NCBI GenBank assembly: GCA_965204725.1
Contig: OZ242005.1
Location: 3,712,001-3,776,000 of the forward strand
DNA: 64,000 nucleotides
Reading direction: 5' to 3'
Source of the DNA: Candidatus Latescibacterota bacterium
GTDB lineage: Bacteria > Latescibacterota > UBA2968 > UBA8231
Shown here: positions 57,638-64,000 of the stretch, piece after piece
How positions within the stretch are numbered: position 1 is the first letter of the stretch
Layout: every line of letters starts with the position of its first letter
Position numbers and translations under genes: made by a program
The notes under the pieces: model-generated
Told to the model about the DNA's origin: nothing
The model's database searches: none
Seen by the model: only the letters and a program-made list of their open reading frames with translations

Positions 57638-57925
57638 GACCCCAGATTCATCGGGAACAACCACCTGTCTGCGGCGGAACGGGCGATTGCGGAGGATGTC
57701 TGGCAGCAATACGGCCATTTGCCCCCATGGGGTTCCAATAGCATCGTCGAGCATACTCATCGCCTCCCCGAGTAGGAAAATCCCGCAGAAAATCCGCACG
57801 GTCCCCAAGCGACGCCCATCCCTATCCAACGCATCCTGCTCGCCTTGAAGAAGAGCGACGAAGAAATCCAAGCCCTCTTGGAGTTGGAACAGACCGACGC
57901 TTGGCTGGATAGGGTCTTGGCGTGA
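57638..57925 (+). pseudogene. Panacea (SocA/DUF4065)-like antitoxin fragment, 5'-truncated with an in-frame TAG
   Basis: LSAAERAIAEDVWQQYGHLPPW...IVEHTHRLPE*(TAG 57773, Trp expected)...PIPIQRILLALKKSDEEI. Confidence 0.6.
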
Positions 57926-58104
57926 TCCGAGCCGGTGCCGTCGTCCAGTCGAACGTCGCTCCTTACCACCACTTCATCGTTCTGACCAGTCCCAACGCGG
58001 CCGACGAAGTCCTCCCTCTGAATGCCGCCGTGCTCCAACGCCTTCAAGCCGCAGCCAAAGCGTCGGGCCGTTTGCCGCCCGCTTGGATAGACGATCTGCC
58101 ATAG
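57922..58104 (+). pseudogene. Short remnant of the putative partner gene of the Panacea-like antitoxin
   Basis: GTGA overlap with the upstream fragment; only 60 aa, appears internally deleted. Confidence 0.4.
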
Positions 58105-58214
58105 ACGGTGTTGGTTCGCGGACCTAAGTGCGCGAGACCTATTTGAGTACGCTTTTCTGGTATTTCAACCGACGGCATTGAAATCAGCATGAACAACCCC
58201 ATGGAGATTCCACC

Positions 58215-59330
58215 ATGATACCGCATAGACTGGCTATCGTCGTGTGGTCCGTCTTGGTCCTGCTGGCGGGTCGTGCGGTAGCGGTAGATGGGAAGGCAGA
58301 GACGCTGCCGAGGAGTGCGGCGCAAGCCATCGACCATACCGACGACACGCGCCCGTATTGGACGGGTCGGATCGAACAGGACACGACGTGGCGCGATACG
58401 GTGTATGTCGGCGGCGATGTGACGATTGCGGCAGCCGCGACGCTGACGCTGGCTCCCAATACGCAGGTTCACTTTCTACCTTATCACGATGCGACCCAAG
58501 GCGGCTTGGACTCGACCCGTGCGGAACTGATCGTCGAAGGGCGGCTGGCGGCGCAAGCCGGTGGCATCGTCTTTCGTTCAGCGGATGCGGGTTCGTTGGG
58601 GGCCGATTGGTATGGCCTTGTCGTCGAGCGGGGTGGGCAAGCCGACGTATCCCACGCTGCGATACGAGACGGCTTGCGCTGTGTGTATGCCAAGCGGGGT
58701 GGGCGCGTCACAATGGACGCTATCGCCTTTGCCAACTGTGGGAAGCCGACCGCGCCAGAAGACGCCGCTGGTCTTTCGATAAGTCAGAGGCGTACCCAAC
58801 CGCTGCCCGCTCTCCGCCAAGAGCTACCACCTCTTTCGATGAAAGCGAGTAGAGGGGACGACAGAGGGATTGACAAACGTATTGCCAAAAAGTTGAAGGC
58901 CGGTGCTTTAGGAGGATTCGTGGGGTTCTTAGGTGGGACTGTCTTGGGTTTTGCCGCCTTGGGTGTCGGTGGTGGTGGCGACGGTATTGGTGGCCGTGAA
59001 GTTTTCTATTTCGTCGGGTCTGTCGGCTCTGCGGTCGGATCCGCGGTCAGCGTGAGTCAAGTTGATCCGCATGATCTCTTCGCAGCCTCACTGATGGGCA
59101 GTATACTAGGATTTGGAGCAGGTTTGGGGCTGGCCTACATATCTGGAAATCCTAATGCCTTTCTTGTCTCCCCCGTTTTCTCAGTTGCCTCGGCAGTATG
59201 GCTGTCAGAAGACTCTCGCAATCGTTCGGCTGAACCCACACTGAAGCCTCCTGAAACCGGCCGTTTCTCGCTCGGACTAGGCACGAATCCCCGGAGGCAT
59301 TTATTAGCTATCGCCAAGTTACGATTCTGA
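58215..59330 (+). CDS. Secreted modular protein A (beta-rich N-module + Gly-rich hydrophobic module + LRF tail)
   Basis: Signal peptide; GRIEQDTTW...GDVTI...LTLAP.T; N-module nearly identical to 59485..60480. Confidence 0.7.
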   Translation: MIPHRLAIVVWSVLVLLAGRAVAVDGKAETLPRSAAQAIDHTDDTRPYWTGRIEQDTTWRDTVYVGGDVTIAAAATLTLAPNTQVHFLPYHDATQGGLDSTRAELIVEGRLAAQAGGIVFRSADAGSLGADWYGLVVERGGQADVSHAAIRDGLRCVYAKRGGRVTMDAIAFANCGKPTAPEDAAGLSISQRRTQPLPALRQELPPLSMKASRGDDRGIDKRIAKKLKAGALGGFVGFLGGTVLGFAALGVGGGGDGIGGREVFYFVGSVGSAVGSAVSVSQVDPHDLFAASLMGSILGFGAGLGLAYISGNPNAFLVSPVFSVASAVWLSEDSRNRSAEPTLKPPETGRFSLGLGTNPRRHLLAIAKLRF

Positions 59331-59484
59331 ACGAATACGTCGAGGAAAACATCCAATTCAGTAGCGGAGGAGGCTAGGGCACTATTGGATAATTGCTTGT
59401 CTGATAATTGATAAAGGCGGACGCCAGTAATTGCTTTTCTTCCGTCTCTTTTCACGAAAGTAAACCCTTCATGAAGGCCCCACC

Positions 59485-60480
59485 ATGATACCGCATAGAC
59501 TGGCTATCGTCGTGTGGTTCGTCTTGGTCCTGCTGGCGGGTCGTGCGGCTCAAGCCATCGACCATACCGACGACACACGCCCCTACTGGACAGGTCGGAT
59601 CGAACAGGATACCACGTGGCGCGATACGGTGTACGTCGGCGGCGACGTGACGATTGCAGCAGCCGCGACGCTGACGCTGGCTCCCAATACGAAGGTTCTC
59701 TTTCTACCTTATCACGATGCGACCCAAGGCGGCTTAGACTCGACCCGTGCGGAACTGATCGTCGAAGGGCGGCTTCATGCCCAAGCCGGTAGCATCGTCT
59801 TTCGTTCAGCGGATGCGGGTTCGTTGGGAGCGGATTGGTATGGCCTTGTCGTTGAGCGGGGTGGGCAAGCTGACTTATCCAACGCTACGATACGCGATGG
59901 CTTGCGCTGTGTGTATGCCAAGCGGAGTGGGCGCGTCACGATGGACGCTATCTCCTTTGCCAACTGTGGGAAGCCGACCGCGCCAGAGGATACCGCTGGC
60001 CTTTCGATAAGTAGGAGGAGTGCCCAACCGCGGCCCGCTCTCAACGTGGCAGTAGAAAACCCAGTCATTCGGGTTGCTAAAAAGTTGGGGGCCGGTGTTC
60101 TTGGGGGCAGCCTTGGCGTTCTAGTAGTGTTTGTCATCGGAGAGAGTGCCGACTCCGACTCCGACCCAATCGCTGCTGCTGCTGCTGGTCCTCATATTGC
60201 CCTTATCGGATACACGCTCGGCTCTCCGATTGGCATGAGTCGGGTTGATTCACGAGATAAAGGGATACTGACATGGGCTGGTAGCATAGCGGGATGGTTT
60301 GTCGGCAGAATGGCACTAGAACGCGATACTTCTTGGCCCTTCGCTCCTCTCATTGGTGCAACACTGGCGTCTGAACTATGGCGCAAGCCTCCTCAAGATA
60401 GTCAAAACAGCCGCGTCTCCGTCAATTTAGGACCGGCCCCCAACGGCGGCCTCTCCGCCGTTGCCACCTTACGCTTTTGA
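59485..60480 (+). CDS. Secreted modular protein B
   Basis: N-module shared with A, C-terminal tail shared with C. Confidence 0.7.
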   Translation: MIPHRLAIVVWFVLVLLAGRAAQAIDHTDDTRPYWTGRIEQDTTWRDTVYVGGDVTIAAAATLTLAPNTKVLFLPYHDATQGGLDSTRAELIVEGRLHAQAGSIVFRSADAGSLGADWYGLVVERGGQADLSNATIRDGLRCVYAKRSGRVTMDAISFANCGKPTAPEDTAGLSISRRSAQPRPALNVAVENPVIRVAKKLGAGVLGGSLGVLVVFVIGESADSDSDPIAAAAAGPHIALIGYTLGSPIGMSRVDSRDKGILTWAGSIAGWFVGRMALERDTSWPFAPLIGATLASELWRKPPQDSQNSRVSVNLGPAPNGGLSAVATLRF

Positions 60481-61265
60481 CCCTTATGCCCATTGTGATC
60501 GCTGTACTTACCCTATTCGCTGCTCTCATGGCAGCGGAGGCCGATGCGGAAACAGAGCCAACAGAAATCACGATTCATATCCGCGGCGAGCACAAGGAAG
60601 TGGTTTCGGCTCTGTTGGAAGCTGCTGACGAGGGGACGCCAGTTACCGGAATCGCCGAGTTGGATTCTCTGGCGGCTACATACGGCCTGATTGGGATATA
60701 TCGTACGAATAGGAGATCGTCTGGCTTTTATGGGTATCGTTTTCGGTTGACGTTTCCGCCGGGTGCGGATGTGGCCGTCATGGCCAAAGCCTATCGGAAC
60801 TATACAGAGAAAATGGACACCCAACGTTCCATGCGGGTTGATCGAGTAGAAAATCCAGTCATTCGGATTGCTAAAAAGTTGGGGGGCGGTGTTCTTGGGG
60901 GTATCCTTTCCGCGGGACTGTTTGCGGTCTTACCTTCCAGCGACGACCCATTCGTTGAAATTAATGCTTCTTTTGAGATGGCTCTTCTCGGAGAGATGGT
61001 CGGAACTGCGGTTTGCGTCAGTTGGGTCGATCCACGGGATAGATGGATGCTGACATGGGGTGGCAGTGTAGCGGGATGGTTGATCGGCAGAATGGGAGTA
61101 AAACGGGACTATTGGCCCTTAATATACAGCCCTATTGCTGGTGCAATCATTGGGTCTGAACTATGGCGCAAGCCTCCTCAAGATAGTCAAAACAGCCGCG
61201 TCTCCGTCAATTTAGGACCGGCCCCCAACGGCGGCCTCTCTGCCGTTGCCACGTTGCGCTTTTGA
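60477..61265 (+). CDS. Secreted modular protein C
   Basis: Different N-module; C-module related to B; identical tail SELWRKPPQDSQNSRVSVNLGPAPNGGLSAVATLRF. Confidence 0.7.
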   Translation: MTLMPIVIAVLTLFAALMAAEADAETEPTEITIHIRGEHKEVVSALLEAADEGTPVTGIAELDSLAATYGLIGIYRTNRRSSGFYGYRFRLTFPPGADVAVMAKAYRNYTEKMDTQRSMRVDRVENPVIRIAKKLGGGVLGGILSAGLFAVLPSSDDPFVEINASFEMALLGEMVGTAVCVSWVDPRDRWMLTWGGSVAGWLIGRMGVKRDYWPLIYSPIAGAIIGSELWRKPPQDSQNSRVSVNLGPAPNGGLSAVATLRF

Positions 61266-61379
61266 CCTTGTAACCTTACTACACGACACCAGCCGCTAGC
61301 CTGCCAAGGATCGAGGACGGGACGCAGTGGGAACCGCGAAAAGGGCCTAAGCAAAGTAAGTGTCGCGTACTTAGGACTG

Positions 61380-61420
61380 CGGGCATTGCGCACAAGTAGC
61401 GCAATGCCCGTAGCCGTTTT
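61380..61420. terminator. Hairpin between convergent genes, probable terminator
   Basis: cgggcattgcgc / gcgcaatgcccg 12-bp stem followed by a short T tract. Confidence 0.6.
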
Positions 61421-61445
61421 TGGCCCGCCTAACGCACCAAGCGGC

Positions 61446-63755
61446 TCAGTAGCTCAAACCGATGCTGCGGATTAGGGTGCGGGTGAGCGAGTCGCCAGCG
61501 ACCCGCAAGCGGAGGAGGTAGAGGCCGGGCCGGGCCATAGCACCGGAGTTTCGGCGGCCGTCCCACGTTAGCTGGTAGTGGCCGGCCACGCCGCTGGCGT
61601 CTCGCAGAGTGCGGACGAGGCGACCGCGCAGGTCAAAGATGCGGGCGTCAATCGGGCGGGCGTCGATGACCTTGAGCACGTCAAAAGAGATGACGAGCGC
61701 GTCGTTTATGCCGTCGCCGTTGGGCGTAAAAATCCCGTTGCCGATGTCGAGGTGGGCGAGCAGGCCCTCGTTGATGGGCAGAGCAACGACATCGCCGCTG
61801 CCCGCTAGATCCGGGACGGCGTCGCCCGGGTCAACCTGCTGACGCAGGGTATCAGGCCCGCTTACGCGCTCTAAGAAAGCGCGAAAGCGGGTATTGTTTT
61901 GAAACACGGTAGCGGCGAAACCCAGCTCCACGCGCTCGGCCACGGCGACCGGTGCGGGCAAGTGCAAGCGGAAGCCCGCATCCGTCTTTTTTATCTCGGC
62001 GTTGACTGACGCGCCGTCGATTTGCAGGGCGCGGAACGCGAGGGGAACCGAGGCTTCGAGGGCGATCGCGGCAAAGCCTTGACTGTCGCGGGCGAATTCT
62101 GGGCGGAGGAAGTACGTGAAGTCGGTTTGCTCCCCCGGCTCCACGCGCGTCGGGTGGACTTCGCCTACGGCGGTACGGGCCAAAGGACGGGAGTAGTTCA
62201 AGATAAGCGCGTCGAGGGCAATGCCGGCCTGCGGATTGTCGGCGTGCAGTTCGGCTTCGAGTTGCACGTAGCGCCGGGGCGAAGGCGAGCGGAAGCGGGT
62301 GCCGGCTTGGATGTACTCCTCGCTCCACACGCTCCAGCCATCGCCCGGTTGAAGCGTGGTTTCGATGGGGCCGCGGAACGAGGCGATCAGCTTTTCGTAA
62401 CGCCTTTTGGACACCTCTTTGCCGTTTTTGTCAAAGTAGCGCATCTCCTCAACGACGTGGTCGCCGGTGCGGCTACGCAAGGCGAATTGAGCACCGAGCG
62501 GCGCGTCAATTTCCCAGTCAATCGCAGTAATGTTCCAATTGGTGCCGAGGTCGATAACGGGCGAGCGAAGGACGACGCGGGCCGGGTATCCCTCACCGTA
62601 AACTTGGAACTCACTGACTAGACCCAATCCGTCCAAGCGGCCGGTGTTGTCGAAAGCGTTGCCCGACAGGCCGCCGCCGATGATGTAGCCGCCTTGGCTC
62701 GTGGGATAGATCAAACGCAGATAGCGGGCGGCGATTAGGGGGACATCGTGGCGAAAATTGCGGACATCGAAGAGGTTGCGGGGGTCGAGGGGAATGGAGG
62801 CCAATGCCTGCCAAGCCAGCGAACCGTCGGGGGCCAGCGAGCCATCGGAGTACTGCATCTGATAGGCGAGGAAGTTGGCGTAGGACTGCCGCAGCCGTGG
62901 CGGAATGCCCAACGGCTCACCCAAGAGCCAGACCGAATCGATCCAATAGGTCGCTCCCAGATCAATGCGGTAGTCGCCGAAGGTCTCGCTGCCGCCGCTG
63001 GAGCCTTTGGCGAGGGGGTTGACGCGCCACATGGTCGAAACATTGCCGTCGAACATGACGGAAGGGATGCCGGCCACGGCGACAATGGCCGCTTCAACAT
63101 CAACGGTGCCGCCTTTGGCAATCAAGTCAAAGGCGATATTGTCGCCAAAGGCCCTGACTTGGATTTCGGCAAGCGCGGGTGCCCCAGCCACTTCGCGCGT
63201 GGCCTCGATGCGGAGAACTTGAACGAATTCGTCGTCGAGGTCGATCGTCACATCATGCGCCTCGTTGAAGGCGAAGTGCCTGCTGTGGCTGTAGATTAGG
63301 GTCCCTTCGACGACGACATTGGCACTGTTGATAAAGCGCTCGCCCTTGGAGAGTGAAACATTAAAAAAGGGCAGGGGCGGCGCACCGGGGGCGAAGCGCA
63401 AGCGAATCTGCTGGACCGGAAAGACTTGTCCCAAGTCGATCTCGATCCACCAGTCCTTTGGGGCCGTGCCCGGAGGTGGATTCCAGCTTGTGGCAAGGTC
63501 GCCGTCAAAGGCTTGGGCAGCAGTAGATTGTGCCGCTCCGACCCCGCGAATGGCAGCCTCGGAGAGCGGGTCAATGCCCTTGCCGATTCGCACTGGCCGC
63601 ACCGAGCCTGCTTCGTCTAGGCGCAGGGCACCGGGGGGATAGACCCAGTGTTCCCATATATCCTCCGAGGTCATAACTAGGCGCTCGGCACGCATGGGGC
63701 TGCTGAACGGCACGATCATGCACAGTGCTAAGGGCAAGAGGCGGAATGGCGACAA
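61446..63755 (-). CDS. Large secreted protein with discoidin-like domains and a C-terminal FlgD-Ig/CHU_C-like domain (third paralogue)
   Basis: Signal peptide; AFDGDLATSW...IEIDLG; SEFQVYGEGYP..SPVIDLG; FTPNGDGIND...WDGR...PGLYLL. Confidence 0.75.
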   Translation of the reverse strand: MSPFRLLPLALCMIVPFSSPMRAERLVMTSEDIWEHWVYPPGALRLDEAGSVRPVRIGKGIDPLSEAAIRGVGAAQSTAAQAFDGDLATSWNPPPGTAPKDWWIEIDLGQVFPVQQIRLRFAPGAPPLPFFNVSLSKGERFINSANVVVEGTLIYSHSRHFAFNEAHDVTIDLDDEFVQVLRIEATREVAGAPALAEIQVRAFGDNIAFDLIAKGGTVDVEAAIVAVAGIPSVMFDGNVSTMWRVNPLAKGSSGGSETFGDYRIDLGATYWIDSVWLLGEPLGIPPRLRQSYANFLAYQMQYSDGSLAPDGSLAWQALASIPLDPRNLFDVRNFRHDVPLIAARYLRLIYPTSQGGYIIGGGLSGNAFDNTGRLDGLGLVSEFQVYGEGYPARVVLRSPVIDLGTNWNITAIDWEIDAPLGAQFALRSRTGDHVVEEMRYFDKNGKEVSKRRYEKLIASFRGPIETTLQPGDGWSVWSEEYIQAGTRFRSPSPRRYVQLEAELHADNPQAGIALDALILNYSRPLARTAVGEVHPTRVEPGEQTDFTYFLRPEFARDSQGFAAIALEASVPLAFRALQIDGASVNAEIKKTDAGFRLHLPAPVAVAERVELGFAATVFQNNTRFRAFLERVSGPDTLRQQVDPGDAVPDLAGSGDVVALPINEGLLAHLDIGNGIFTPNGDGINDALVISFDVLKVIDARPIDARIFDLRGRLVRTLRDASGVAGHYQLTWDGRRNSGAMARPGLYLLRLRVAGDSLTRTLIRSIGLSY

Positions 63756-64000
63756 GAGCGATCCGTTGTTTTTTTAAGGGAGAAGCGCCGCTTAATCGGC
63801 GAATATAAAATATAAGGTTGCCGAAAGATATATCGGCTTTGTCGCGGGCGAAAACACCCATGTTTAAGCGCAACAACATTACTTTAATCATCGTTCCAGA
63901 AAAGGGTCGCAAGACCTTTGAGTTTAAGATCTCCGGCACACTCGTGTGGTTGCTGGGGCTGTGTGGCGTCGCCTTGCTGGTGCTCTTGTCCTTTGGGCTT

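Noticed and set aside
57773-57775. TAG read-through or recoding
   Set aside because: TAG is used as a normal stop throughout the window and the gene is also 5'-truncated, so pseudogenisation is the simpler explanation.
58215-61265. Diversity-generating retroelement as the source of the paralogue variation
   Set aside because: No reverse transcriptase in the window, and differences between copies do not look adenine-specific.
1-64000. CRISPR array or cas genes
   Set aside because: No regularly spaced repeat-spacer array seen; the repeats at 20813-21214 and 31150-31250 are in-frame coding repeats.
63944-64000. Start of a hydrophobic ORF at the window edge
   Set aside because: Too short to support a call.

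Overview
GC-rich bacterial chromosomal window. The gene content (three large paralogues with a FlgD/CHU_C-like C-terminus, three phytanoyl-CoA dioxygenases, a C-terminal WGxLK motif, many TA modules) suggests Ca. Latescibacterota or a similar FCB-group, possibly host-associated, lineage; this is inference only. Housekeeping and metabolic genes include hrpA, an nfeD-nfeD-floA operon, tRNA-Leu(CAA), a diadenylate cyclase-YbbR fusion, a probable rpoZ, a sugar-catabolic operon and dgcN-dgcA. Accessory content includes four intact TA pairs plus one decayed Panacea-type pair, an IS5 element that truncates a DUF1611-ACP-BtrH-CPBP biosynthetic-cluster remnant, several small repeat/MITE families, and a tandem array of three module-shuffled secreted proteins. 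The best candidate for a new system is the two-gene operon at 50297-54687. It encodes a 1164-aa protein with a degenerate SIR2-like domain, a STAND NTPase, a helical region and a SAMD9-like OB-fold C-terminus, but no N-terminal effector. It is translationally coupled to a 299-aa protein with an Rx4H (HEPN-like) motif, consistent with a split sensor/effector anti-phage system. All family assignments are from motif recognition by eye; no database searches were run.
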